Assembly: GCA_965235115.1 (NCBI GenBank)
Contig: OZ249451.1
Coordinates: 8,215,001-8,248,000, forward strand
Length of the DNA: 33,000 nucleotides
Direction: 5' to 3'
Source of the DNA: Laetmonice hystrix
Taxonomy: Eukaryota
A program made the position numbers and the translations under genes. This document shows, piece after piece, positions 1-12,373 of this stretch (the first letter of the stretch is position 1; each line of letters opens with the position of its first letter). Under the pieces are notes generated by a model. That model was not told where the DNA came from and made no database searches. It saw only the letters and a list, made by a program, of their open reading frames with translations.

Positions 1-564
1 GCGGCCAACGGAGCAACAACTACCGTTCAACTACTCAGTGCCGGTGAAACCACAAACTTCTGGGACCATATCTCACCGGGTGCACTGCCGCCGGAGAGAA
101 GTATAGAAGTAGGGTCAACACTTTGGAGGTAAGAGGACCATCTCCCCACAGCTTCATTGAGTAAATGTAGCGGCTTACCACTGTACAAGTAGGTCTATGC
201 TACTGTAGCGGCAGCCTAAATGTTGAGGACTCGCTCAACGTTAACAGACGCATCTCGTTCCAAATCTACACTCCTGGCGCTTAATCCGTCAATTTGCGTC
301 CTGTACATTCAGCCAGGTTGACGTAAATTCAAGTATCCTACTAATGCTGGTAGTTTTGTGGACGCCCATATGCTCTCCGTAACGGATCCATTAAATAACT
401 AGCCCCACCTAAGCGTTCTTTCCGGCGTGGCTATGAAAATATATCGACGAAAAAGTCCAAAAATTGTGACGTTCATGGACGATAAGCCTTGCACGGAAAT
501 CCTCTGACGCGGTGCGCTTTTCCACGCGCTCGGCGCTCGTTGGCTGGTCGGCTCGCGCGGCTGA

Positions 565-583
565 CAGCGCCCCCTAGATGTCA
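565..583 (-). promoter_or_regulatory. CTCF-like motif in a CpG-rich patch
   Basis: Minus strand GACATCTAGGGGGCGCTG vs consensus CCASYAGRKGGCRS (12/14 match). Confidence 0.35.
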
Positions 584-1438
584 GTAACGCAACACCCGCC
601 ATGCAAGATGCGTTCGCTGCTCGCCTCCCAACAAGCGGTCACTATGGCGAGCCAGGCCATCATCAGCGCTAAAGTTGAGAGCAGCCTGAACCTGGGCCGG
701 GAGTGTGCGACAAGCACAGGTCCCGCTGCTGTAGGCCGAGCTACCAATATGGCTCGGTGTGCTGATGCTGTGCCCGTGGGTAAGGAAAACAGGTATTGTC
801 TGCAATCATGAAACTTTTCCACGAGATCATATCATTGTCACTATACATAGGGTGATATATATCTATATCTAGCGCAATATAATTACTGATTTATAATATT
901 AATGTTAATATTTATCAAGGGATATTAAACAGTGCCAGTGATGGTTAACCCTGCCATAGCCATTTCAGGTCGTTTAGGACGAATATTTTGTCATCATTCA
1001 GGTTTTTAATGCGCATTGAATATTTTGACGCAGATAAGGTACAGCATTGTGTTTTCAATATACGAAAAGGGTATACAATTCAATACACATGAATCGGTGC
1101 TGGATTATTTCAATAATCCAGTTGGATTCATCCACACAGACATGGTCGCATGCAGCCTTCCACAAGGTGCGTCTGTTCCCGCGCTTTTGGGACGCGCATT
1201 TTGTACGTTCTCACGGCCTCAACAGTACGTCAGTTTGAGCGTCTGGTTTCAAATCGTGACCATTGCAGGAGTTCTGCTTCATTTTGATGAACAGCCAGTA
1301 TCAAAACCTTTGGTTCCCATTTTAATTATATTCCAAATATCCTATGCCACCATTCAGTCAGAATCAGCAGTGTATCTAATCCTATGGACACGACGTCATC
1401 ATACTGTATTTGTAAAATTTACTTATTTTATTTAAAAC

Positions 1439-1580
1439 CAGGCGCGGATCCAGGAATTTTTGCAGGGGGGGGGGCAAAAAGTCTGGGGCCCTTCCCCGAT
1501 AACATAGCAAAAACCTAAGTTGGTCCTGAGCAGGGGGGGGGGGGGTCTGGACCCCCCCCCCCTCCCTGGATCCGCGCCTG
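1439..1580. mobile_element. Short G/C-rich MITE (CAG...CTG termini, 5-bp TSD family)
   Basis: Perfect 16-bp TIR CAGGCGCGGATCCAGG / CCTGGATCCGCGCCTG. Flanks AAAAC / ATAAC (4/5 match, consistent with a decayed 5-bp TSD). Internal poly-G/poly-C runs. Confidence 0.85.
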
Positions 1581-3571
1581 ATAACTTGCACCAGTCATCT
1601 ATGGTAAGTATATCGGTACGCTTATCTAAGAGTTGTTATGACCAATGAGGTCAAAATGCTAACGGTAGTGCGAGTCTGATGCTTTCCGGCTTCGCTGATT
1701 GGTTGAAAATAGAGAAGCCAACCTTAAGATGAAAACACCGTTTCGGGAATGACTGTAGAGTCAACAGTCTCTCTATGCACACAGGAAGCCACTAATGAGG
1801 TCACCGCCCGTTTGTCGCCCTCATCCCCAATTCCAGTTAATAACTCCAATATAATAAAGGATCAGCCGAATCAAAGATAGATTTACCAATGCGAATATGG
1901 TAGGCCTACCGCTGTTACCTTATGCTTGCCTTCTCGCCTGTATTGTATGTTTATTAAACTTCGTTGTGTGTGTGAAACATCAGAAAATCTGTAGCTGAGG
2001 ATTCTTTTTTGCAGATTGTTTTGAAATAAAAGGTTCATAGCATGGAATCTACCTGGGATAGGACTAGCAACACGATCTCTACTTTTGTCAAATTATATAC
2101 CGGGGACACTAGTGGTGGCCACGCAGACGGCAAACACAAAGAATTTTTATCTCAATTTATCATAATTATTTGACATGTAGATATTTGCGGAAAAAGTCTG
2201 CGATGGCTGGCTGTCAATCGTCTCGATAATCTGCTACTCAACGGGGCCAAACCCGACGAAAATCCCCGGCTACTTCCGTCATAAACAGGGCACGCACCTT
2301 TTTTATTTTGAATATTTTTTGAAAGCTAACAGACTTCACTTTCCATGCTGAAAAATAGATAATATTACCGTTTGAGGGCATGGGCGAGTCGAGGAGTAAA
2401 TGTTTTCCGAGTCTCACTAGATGGAAAAAACCGCTGAAACATTATGGACCGAATCTAGTATGACGCGAGCAAGGACCTTCCATATTAACGATATACGCCT
2501 TCGGTTGGATTCAGCTAATAGAAATATGTTATTACCCACAGCAAGGTAAAAGTCTAAACAATAGAATCATATACGCACGACGTCGTATTGTTAAGGGGGG
2601 AATGGTTCGTATTAAATAGATCCACATGTTGCAAATGACACATTTGGAAGAAATAGATACACAGCAGGGACACACTTGGGGGCGGGGGGGGGGGCGGGGG
2701 CCCTAGGCCCTCTACACTTTGGGATTTATACGAAAACCGTTTAAATAATGATTATAAATTAGAAATGGGACATTTGGAAGGTCATCTGTAGATAAATGCT
2801 TTATAAATAAACTGCCCACGTAATGAAGGTGGCTGGGAGGGGGCAGTCCGTTTTGAGACCGTAATGCATCGTATGCATTGGTTTAGCATTGTAGACAGAC
2901 ACGTTTGACATGAACCGTGTATACACAGGCGACATGTCACCGTCAATATGAGGTTGGCCTTCTCATCATGATTACTTATTGTTTTGTATAGAGCTGAGGA
3001 AGAAAACACTGCTACAGTTGCGTATGTTGTTAAATATCACCAGGCAAACATGCAGATTACTTGCGAACGGTCAGTCAAAATAACGATAGCTGCATGTGGC
3101 ATGCGATATCGGGAATACGACCGGCGGCACAGGCAGATAGGTAGGATTCTTCTCGGCAAAAAAATGTAAGCATTCCATATTAACGACTAATTTATAAATT
3201 CAGGACATTATTATTGGGAAGAAAGAACAAAACAAAGCCCTTTTTTAAGGAGAAATGTAATTTCCACAATAAATGATTCCCCTTTAAGAGACTTTGTCTG
3301 GCTTTATAATGTAATTTTGAAATACGGTCTTTGGCTGCCATTGCTTTTGAATGTTTATTGATGAGTTACAAATATTTACATTGTTGGGGCAAACAAAGCA
3401 TTTTGAGCACACATTTAAATGTAGATGTGTTGGGCGATTGTGTGTCACTCCCCCTTTTTCCGCACAGCTTGGTCATTCGATAAGCATGTTTCTACTTTTA
3501 CCTGTTCCTGTAAAGTGTTCGCCAAATGACTATTGATCTTTAACACGTGCACAGGCACACAGGTTGTGATG

Positions 3572-3770
3572 GTGAGTGAGTAGTTGGTATTTCACGCCCA
3601 GTTAACAGTATTTCTAACTACTCCGTCGGTAAAATCCATTGTGTGATGATAATAAGATGATAGGAAGAAACCCGCGCACCGGGACGACCCCCTACTCTTT
3701 TTTATAGAGATTCCAAGGGGTCTTTAACGTGCCCCTCCACATATAGACGTATCGTGACACGGAGGCTTTG
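3572..3770 (-). mobile_element. 5'-truncated SINE with Meta-domain-like core
   Basis: Minus strand reads GCACGTTAAAGACCCCTTGG...AAAAAAGAGTAGGGGGTCGTCCCGG, which resembles the MetaSINE core as I recall it. It ends in GGGCGTGAAATACCAACTACTCACTCAC, a short (ACTC)n-type tail. No tRNA head retained. Confidence 0.6.
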
Positions 3771-5150
3771 ATAATTTGGAATGTATTTAACAGTTGGTAT
3801 ATAAGAGGCTAAGCCTTCTGCTCTCCAGCCCTCAAATATGGGTTCATAACCCCTGTCAAAAAATACCCTGTCCTGCAACTAGTATTTAGTTTAACTTGCC
3901 TCTTCAGTGAAACGAATAATAATCTTGTTAACTGGGTCAAGGTACGACATCAGATGTGCGAATCTATCGACGTTTATGTCAGATGATAAACTGTTTAGCA
4001 ATTCGTGTGAACATATATATTAAGCTACGCATAATACGTTTTGTCTTGACATGCACTTGCTGCACCGGTCAACAATGTGTTGGAAACGGTTGGGCAGCAT
4101 GCAGCAGCTGATACCCTCATATCTTTTCCGGAGAGATATAACATAATGTATTATACACATGGCTTAGGCATGTGTTCAGGAATTCACTGCCTATACATGA
4201 TAATCTTGTAATATTATGTTTCCTCTTGAATAGAAAAGATCCGACAGCTCCTTGTATTTATGGACCAGGCGTTCTGTTAGAAATTAGAATTAATAGCATT
4301 ACTAACATTTCTCCTATAGGGGCCTATGTAGTCCATGCCTATGCAAGGAGAGAGAGTGACCACGAAGAACATATTCTAGACGCGAAATAAAATGACGTAA
4401 AGAGGAAAGGAGACATTATTGTGCATTAACCGCCCATGGTCGGGAGTGTTGCTTCGTGCCCCCCCCCCCCCCCCCCCAGTCTTCCTGAGTAGAATTCCAG
4501 GTAAAACAATGCCCAGCTTAAGCATCCATTAACCAGTCAGAACTGCCCTACCTGCCAGCCCCATTACGTTGTCTGGCTAGTTCTGTCGAGGAGGAGGGGT
4601 GCCTATTCTCTAAGGATAAAGCTACAGGAACTCAGCCAGCTGCGGAAAAGGGGGCCTACTTTAGACAGAACACAGGTCGGAAATTAAACTCGTTCATGTA
4701 TTCGATCTGTAGTAATCTCCCATCCGTCGACCTTTTATGTGTCTGAAGGTCGATCAGGTAGTACCGCACTTGCTGCAGATAGAAATTTCTCGAATTTGGA
4801 AAGGGTTGTTAGAAGGACGGATGCTGTGTCTACCTGTTGCCTTGTGTCTTTCTGCTGGAGAACGGCGAGGAAGTCGCTTGATATGTTTAATATAATAACA
4901 AGTGTTATTCTTGTGACATGACTCCTGATTATCAGTGTTGGATGTTTGCGCGCATTGGTAACGCGAATCGTACTGCTACATTCAATGGCCTATAAACTGG
5001 ATTTACAGAGTGTAATTGACATGGGGAGATATTATTCCTGATGAGATTAACAGTTACTGTAGGACGAGGTAGCGGCCATTAGAATCTCTTTATAATTACG
5101 TCTCCCCCCAGCTGGGGGAGACGTTTTGTTTTGCACGCTGTTTCTGACCG

Positions 5151-5205
<55 letters not shown>

Positions 5206-5229
5206 TGTTTCTTTTATTTTCTTCTTTTT
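5151..5229 (+). repeat. (CT)n/(TTTC)n microsatellite within the HINE 5' block
   Basis: Directly visible ctctctctctttctttctttc... run. Confidence 0.95.
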
Positions 5230-6183
5230 GGAATAACTCGGCCACTGTTAGAGAGGGAGTTATCAAATTTGAAATGGCCCGACAGAACCTTCTGAAAAAT
5301 CTTTGTTTCTACTTATAGTGCCATTTGACCTTTGACCTCTTCTGTGGCACGAATGTGCCAACTTGTGCTGTGATCACGATAACGCGAGAAAAATAGCCTG
5401 AATCGATCCAAAATTGGTATGTCGGCCTTCTTTCATCCGGGGCTTGGACAAGTTCGAAAACCAGTTTGGTTGACCCAGAACTTTCAAGATGGCGGCTGAT
5501 CTAAAAAAAATGGCACGTGCCATTTTTTTGCCAAAGCCATAACTCGGAAAATACTGGCTGGAATAACATCAAATTTGGTCAGCAGGGTCATCTATGTGCC
5601 AAATTTAGATTTCCCGGAGGACACGTTCCTGTGACCCCAGATGACCTCTGTGTGACCTTCAACATTTTCGAAGTGGTTGGGCGCTTACTTGACGTCAGCT
5701 CAAAAACTACCGGGGCTAGAAAGTCCTAATTTGGGGAAAAGACAACTGTGGATATTTTCTCGGGATTTTGCTATTTTTAGCACTTCATGACCTTTGACCT
5801 CAGTACCGTGCCAACCTTAGAGAAGCCTTTTATATATCCCAAACCCCTGACCGTATCTTTATGAAACTTGGTGGAGAAGAATCTCCAGGTCTTTCCCTAC
5901 AACCGCTACATTAAGTGTTTTTCTCTACAGTTAATAGTTTCCGACTTATGCGGCTTACACAGCGCGTAAACAACTTGTTTCTGATTGGCTGTATGCTAAT
6001 GAGTATCCAGAACTAGCGTGGGAAAAAAATTCGCCAGCGAGCCCGCTCCCAGTCACTGGCCTGTGCGCCTGTTCTCAGCCGTTGTCCCTAGCAACTCCCG
6101 CCAATCCCCAGTCAGGCGTCCTTCTCAGCCGTGGTAACTCCCCACCAAACCCCTACACGGGCCGGCCGCCCGTCCCCCACCTA

Positions 6184-6417
6184 TGGAATACCGGCGACGA
6201 CATGCGAGATGCGAGACAGTGTGTTTGGGTTAGGGTAAAGGTTAGGCCTACGGTTAGTGTTAGTTTTCACTTTAGCCCCAAAATTATTGTTAAATAGGCA
6301 CTAATTGAGCAGTGGATCGTGATGTCGGTGTCAATAAGAAACATTCTATGTGCTAAATTGACAGTGTTCGGTTCCATGTCGCTTCTCGCATCTCGCATGT
6401 CGTCGCCGGTATTTCCA
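6184..6417. mobile_element. MITE with ~33-bp TIRs, TA TSD and internal GGTTA-type repeats, nested in the HINE
   Basis: TA|TGGAATACCGGCGACGACATGCGAGATGCGAGA ... TCTCGCATCTCGCATGTCGTCGCCGGTATTTCCA|TA (one indel). Internal gggttagggtaaaggttagg...ggttagtgttag. Confidence 0.85.
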
Positions 6418-6553
6418 TACCCCACCACCGCAGATCCCACAACTGAGTTACATAACACTTCCACGCTCCACCAACAACCACCAACTCCTTTACCACAGCC
6501 AGCACATCGCACCCACACACCCACACCCCTACCCACATACATACATACCTTAT

Positions 6554-7130
6554 CGTCATCGGTATTTTCAGCTAGCAGTAACTTGGCAATAGAGCCAGAT
6601 AGGCCCATAGTTACTATTGAAGACAGATAGGAGTCATATATGGTCTTTAAAATTACACCATTTTTAATTAGGTCACGTGACCCTACGTGACTCTATGACA
6701 TCATCGGTATTTTCAATTAGCAATAACTTGGAAACAGAGCCAGATAGGCCCATAGTTACTATTGTAGACAGATAGGAAGTCATATATGGCCTTTCAAATG
6801 ACACCATTTTTAATTAGGTCATGTGACCATATATGGCTGTATGACGTCATCAGTGTTTTCAGCTGGCAGTAACTTGGAAAAAGAGCCAGATAGGCCCATA
6901 CGTACTAGTGATACCCATAGGAAGTCATATATGGCCTTTCAAATGACACCATTTTTAGTTAGGTCACGTGACCCTACGTTGCCCTATGACGTCATTGGTA
7001 TTTTAAGATGGCTGTAACTTAGAAACAGAGCCAGATGGGTCCATGGTTCCTATTAAACTCATATGGAAAATCATATATGAGTTTTCAATTTACGTCAATT
7101 TAAATGCTGTCACGTGACCCCATCTGGCTT
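6554..7130 (+). repeat. Tandem array, ~145-146 bp unit x4
   Basis: Unit starts at 6554, 6699, 6845 and 6990 (cgtcatcggtattttc...agagccagataggcccata...ggtcacgtgaccc). Confidence 0.95.
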
Positions 7131-7135
7131 AATGA

Positions 7136-8085
7136 CCCTTTTTAGGTAATTTTCAACCAAAGATCAGTGATATCTCGAAAACGGTTAAAGATATCAATGT
7201 CTGGGTTTCACCTTTGGGTTTAGCATAAAAAACTTGACCCATCCTCAGCGAATTTGAAAAATCCAAGATGGCGGCCAAGTTGACCTAATTTCCAATTTCA
7301 GCACCATTGGATTGGGTAATAGGTCCACTATCTCTGACACCGAGATGGCTCCCCTAAATTCGATAGTTTCCATCTTATGGCCCCTCAAAGTTGGCCCTTT
7401 TAGGTTATTTTCAACCAAACATCAGTGATACCTCGAAAACGGTTAAAGATATCAATGTCTGGTTTTGACCATTGGGTTTGGGATGAAAACCTTGAGCCAT
7501 TTTCCCTGAATTTGAAAAATCCAAGATGGCGGCCAAGTTGACCTAATTTCCGATTTTAACACCATTGGATTGGGTAATAGGTCAGCTGTCTCTGACACCG
7601 AGATGGCTCCCCTAAAATCAATAGTTTCCAAGTTATGGCTCTTCAAAGTTGGCCCTTTTAGGTCATTTTTAACCAAAAATCAGTGATATCTCTAAAACGG
7701 TTAAAGATATCAACGTCTGGTTTTCACCATTGGGGTTAGGATGGAAAACTTGACCCATTTAAACTGAATTTGAAAAATCCAAGATGGCGGCCAAGTTGAC
7801 CTAATTTCCGATTTTAAAACCATTGGATTGGGTAATGGGTCAGCTGTCTCTGACACCGAGATGGCTCCCCTAAAATCAATAGTTTCCAAATTATGGCTCT
7901 TCAAAGTTGGCCCTTTTAGGTCATTTTCAACCCAAAATCAGTGATATCTCTAAAACGGTTAAAGATATCAACGTCTGGTTTTCACCATTGGGGTTAGGAT
8001 GGAAAACTTGACCCATTTGAACAGAATTTGAAAAATCCAAGATGGCGGCCAAGTTGACCTAATTTCCGATTTTAACACCATTGAC
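7136..8085 (+). repeat. Tandem array, 258 bp unit x~3.7
   Basis: Anchor CGGTTAAAGATATCAA at 7182, 7440, 7698 and 7956 (exact 258-bp period). This explains the duplicated ORFs 7452-7676 and 7710-7904. Confidence 0.95.
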
Positions 8086-11000
8086 TGGTGAATGGGATAC
8101 CTGTGCCCTGGGCACCTCGCAACGAGTTAATCTTTTCTTTCGCATAGAAAATCTGCCATAGCTATATCATTGCTTTTGCAACACACTACTTTCATACTAA
8201 TTAGTCCTCTCTCAAAAATTATATGATGTCATTACTTTAAAAAAGGGGAGACGTCCTGTTCGGACTGAACAATTTCTAGTTATAGCTGGCCTCAGCAGTG
8301 AGGGCATGGACATCAGAGAATGGCGACATGGCGACATGGGGGTAAATTTCCAAGAAATGGAAAGGAAATCAATGCCGCTATTGACATCATTTCTCAGTAA
8401 ACCCCATTTCCGGACATGGCATGACCTTTTTACACATGTCGAAACATAGAAGAACATGAGAAGCACCGGTCACTGCTCATATCAACCCTGTCCATCGGCT
8501 GGAGGCTAATTTTCCAAAGGCGATGTATTACTGGTAAGTTTATCGATTGCCACCTAGATCCCGTGTCCATGGCTACTTTAGACCTGAAGACCGCTCAGGC
8601 CCGAGACCACCGCCAGGGCGCGCTGAGTGACACGTCACGTGATCCAGCTAGTAATACGGGCCGACATCATCCGGGCGACCATGATGCTTGGCTGACTTAG
8701 TTCCACCACGTGTCTTGATCGGACGTGACGTGTCTGGCAGGGCAACCCTCGTACTCCACTTTACATGTGATTACCTGGCGATGAAGCAGTGCCTCTTAAG
8801 ATACTACCTGAGTCCGTGGCGCCTTTCAAACATGCCGTTAGTTCTCGTAATCTGATAAATAACTCCAACACAGGGTAGGAACAAAATGACAGTCCCTTTA
8901 GTTAGGGTATCCGAATTAGATTAATACATCAGCATTGCTGGTTTTATTCCAAAAAGTCAAGCTGAGAAGTAAGGGCCTCCTGCAGAGTATATTAAAGGAA
9001 TCATGGCACCCTGGTTGAGCGTTCCGGGAAGCCAGTTCGGCCTGGTTTCACGCTCACCTCGTCAAAATATATGCACCTTCTGTCCGAGGATACTTCCTAG
9101 GTGTGTCACCCAAGAAACGGTCGTTTTAATAATTTGCCCTATGAAGCTGAAAATTGTTCAAATTTATTAATAAGTTATCAGAACCAATATTGACACTTAG
9201 AACGACCTCGATAATATAGTCATTTTCTCTGGTGGGCGTATTTTAGCGCGATTTTTACGTTTATTTACTTTTCGAAGCGCTCGTTTCCCCTATTATCGCC
9301 CATCCGCTGTCAGTGACGGATCTATGATGCGAAGAGCAAGGGCTATTAATGAGCTAGTCATACACTAGTCTGCAATAAATGAAGCCATTATAATGTCTAA
9401 CATAATCAGACAGTAGTGTTTTTACCCTAGTATTCGATTTAACCTGCGGTATTGCGAATGAACAGGCTTCAACAGTGAAAAACACATCACCATCGACACA
9501 GACTGAAGTCAAGTCACTCAAGTCTCAAGTCAAGAGTCAGAAGAGGGCGCTGCTGGCTTTCAACATGGAATGATCATAAAAATGGACTGAATGAAACAGA
9601 ATTGACAGACCTAGTGAAAACAAATCTAAGCCTGTGTATGTTTTCACAGTTTTGTACTGATTCTTTCTTTAGTGCACCCCCCCCCCCCCCCCCCCCCCCC
9701 CCCATCCACACAGCCTCACAGTCACAGGCACAGCGACAGGCTCTGGCATCTGCCTGGACAAAACACTGACACTACTGTAGTTGACTGCAGTGCGCCACTC
9801 CCCCACTGGCCCAGTCAAAGTTTCAGTTTCAGGGCGGGACATTACCGGGGTAGTCAATCAGGGAAACCACAGAACAATAACATTGTGCCTTGAAGTTCCC
9901 TTTGGAGTGCACGCAAAATTACACAACTTATCAAGTTGATTGGTGTGATAAAAACGAAGGAAGAAAGGAAAAAGACTGAAAGCAAGGCAATTCGTTTTCC
10001 TGACAGAATAAATATAAATAAATATAAATCTACCCAAGTCTTGGCCAAGATCTTTCTGTTGGCAAGAACTTTACAATTACAGAACCCCCCCCCCCCGCCC
10101 CCGATTTTTAAGGGTAGCCTATAATAACCTATAACCTTTGTGCCCTAGGTTGTTTTCTACTTGTCCCACTTGTCTACGCCCCTGTACTATTAGTAGGCCT
10201 ATTACTGTGTGAACCCCGACAAGAGCCGTTGGACAAAATGTATAGAATCTTTCAAGAACAAAATTATCAAAATTCAATTATTGTCGAAAAAAAAGTAGTA
10301 AAATGAAGATACATGTGTATGAATTTACCCTGGTTTGTAATTTGTTCTCATTTTAGGCTTCTCGATACCAAGCTTTCAGGAGTCAATGTATACAATTATT
10401 GTTGAGAAAAGTTAAAGGGAATAGAAAAGTTCAAACTATCAATATAAGGGTGTTCAGCATGAACAAGCTTGTTCTTACCTACAATTCTGTGATTATCTGA
10501 TCTTTAATAAAGGAATAATCAACGGAAATGTAGAGACATTCTCCCGCTGACTTCGTCGGTTTGTTTACCCTATTTGGCCATTATCTCAATCTATTATATA
10601 GCTCCCCCTAAGAAATAGTGAATGACCCGGGCGGTATTTTTAAAAAGTCGCCGTAGACAGTGTTCCACTTATCGGTGTGACCTTATACACTTTATATGGT
10701 GTTACTGGTGTTCAAAGGTACGTTAACGAGGAACTTTTGCTGTAGGCTTAAGCCTAGAATGTGTATTTCTATGTGCTGCTAAAAAAACGTGACTCAACAT
10801 AACACGTACCACTCTTTCTCTTATTCGGAGACTAGCAAACCACACCTCTCGCGAGTCTCATCATCAATGTCGTTCAATTAAAGATAAGGACTTATTACCC
10901 GATTTCACAGAAAAAAAATTATAAAAAACTGAAAACATATGAAAAATGTATAAAAAAAAAAGTATAAAAAGTAGTTTTCCTCTTTAAAAAAGTTAAATAC

Positions 11001-11882
11001 TTTCAGTTTGAAAAAAGTGTAAATGAAAGCGGCAGCACTGTTGCTTCCTCCTTATGATCCATCTTTACTTTAGAATGTAATAATTTTCTTTCAGGTGTTT
11101 ACACAAAGACTTAAAATTTCTTTTTCTGCCTTTTGGCGGTATTGTTGCCATTCTCTTTTTAAACTGAAGCCAGGCAGAATGTTTGCTAGACACCTTACAA
11201 TTTGCAACCCCTTTTGAAATAATAATCAAATAACTTAGCTCTGTCATGCAGCGTTACTATGGCATAGCCTATTTGCCAGATTCCAGCAATTCTTTTGTTT
11301 GACATTCTTGAATGAATGGCATACCGGTACCAATGACGTATTGACTTTCCACAACCATGTCCCCATAATGGTTCATTTTAGACAATTAAAAGATATCTGT
11401 GTTATTTATGTTACTTTCTTGAATATAGATTTTCTGGACCCCCGCCCTTCCTATATATGGCAGGGTGAACCCCTTTTTCAGTTTTTAAGCTCTGGCAGAA
11501 CTTCTGCTGAGCTAATTAGGTTTGAATGGGTCAGGAAACCCTGGGAAGAGTAGACAAGTTGACCGTATTGGAGTTTTGCACAGTAAAATCCATGGGAGGA
11601 ATACTTGAGAAATCTCACAGAAATCATGGAATTTACGACACATTCAAGGAGGAGTGGTTCATCCTTGAACGGAAAACATCACGCATTAATACTTTCAAGA
11701 ACTGTTGATCTGTATATTCAAGCATGAGACTGAAAACTCACACAAAGATAGTACATGTATTACACAATGACAGCTAGCAAATGTACTGACTTCCCTAACT
11801 ACATCATTCTGACAAATTCAAACTCTGGTCACACATTATAATTCGATTGGTATATAATAAATGTATTGCTATCAGTAACAAT

Positions 11883-12373
11883 CAGAGGCAGATCCACGGG
11901 GGGAGGGGGGGCGGAGAGAGAGAGAAAGGGTCTGGACCCCTCCCTTTTTGGTCAGGAAATAGCGTTTTTTTTTGGCTTCCAAAATTTGGGGGACGCCCCC
12001 CGCGCCCCCCTGCCCATGTTAATGGTAGGCTAGGCCTAATAATGCTTTGAGAAACTTACAATTTCTACCTCCAGATGCTGGGAAATCATTTCTTTGCCTT
12101 CTAAATTCAAACATTTTCGGGGGAGGACCCCCCCCCCCCGGCTCGTGCATGTTAATTGTTATTGGTAGACTAAAAGCCTGACTGCTTTAAGAAACTTCAC
12201 AATTGCTGTCTTCAGACCAGATGCTAGGAAATACCGGAGGTTTTTTACCCTCAGAAGTTCTTCAAATATCTTCTCCCCCCCCCCCCGCATGAAAATTATT
12301 CTGACTTCACGTCATGACATTAGGTCATAACATATTGGACTCTCTCCCCCCCCCCCCCCCCGATCCGCCCCTG
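11883..12373. mobile_element. G/C-rich MITE (CAG...CTG, 5-bp TSD family)
   Basis: CAGAGGCAGATCC ... CGATCCGCCCCTG. Flanks ACAAT / ACTAT (4/5 match). Internal partial duplication (…tgctttgagaaacttacaattt…ccagatgctgggaaat / …tgctttaagaaacttcacaatt…ccagatgctaggaaat). Confidence 0.75.

Larger units (their letters stand above)
5096..8280 (+). mobile_element. Non-autonomous Helentron (HINE / DINE-1 / pearl-like element) with internal tandem arrays
   Basis: 5' subTIR with partner inverted repeat: ACGTCTCCCCC-cagct-GGGGGAGACGT (5098-5124). Then a (TTTC)n microsatellite and a core with TGACCTTTGACCT (5326, 5788), followed by tandem arrays. The 3' subTIR GGGGAGACGT (8245-8254) is followed by the hairpin TGTTCggactGAACA (8257-8271) and TTTCTAGT. 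This is the established HINE architecture. Confidence 0.85.

Noticed and set aside
1-390. Possible 5' end of a CR1/L2 LINE on the minus strand
   Set aside because: Only a vague terminal resemblance (ACGGAGAGCATATGGGCGTCCAC); no ORF1 support.
574-822. Overlapping ORFs in a GC-rich patch (hydrophobic stretch; possible GTAAGG donor near 780)
   Set aside because: Open on both strands because of GC content, with no homology or partner exon recognised.
6267-6630. 113-aa and 103-aa ORFs
   Set aside because: They span MITE TIR and low-complexity CA-rich sequence.
6554-8085. CRISPR-like array or repeated small genes (ORFs 7452-7676, 7710-7904)
   Set aside because: Whole units repeat with no unique spacers, there are no cas genes, and the context is a eukaryotic TE.
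10080-10184. MITE ending CTACGCCCCTG
   Set aside because: Orphan right end; no matching left TIR or TSD found.
9300-10930. Kolobok transposase remnant on the plus strand
   Set aside because: Only short frames broken by stops; no THAP or DDE motif recognisable by eye.
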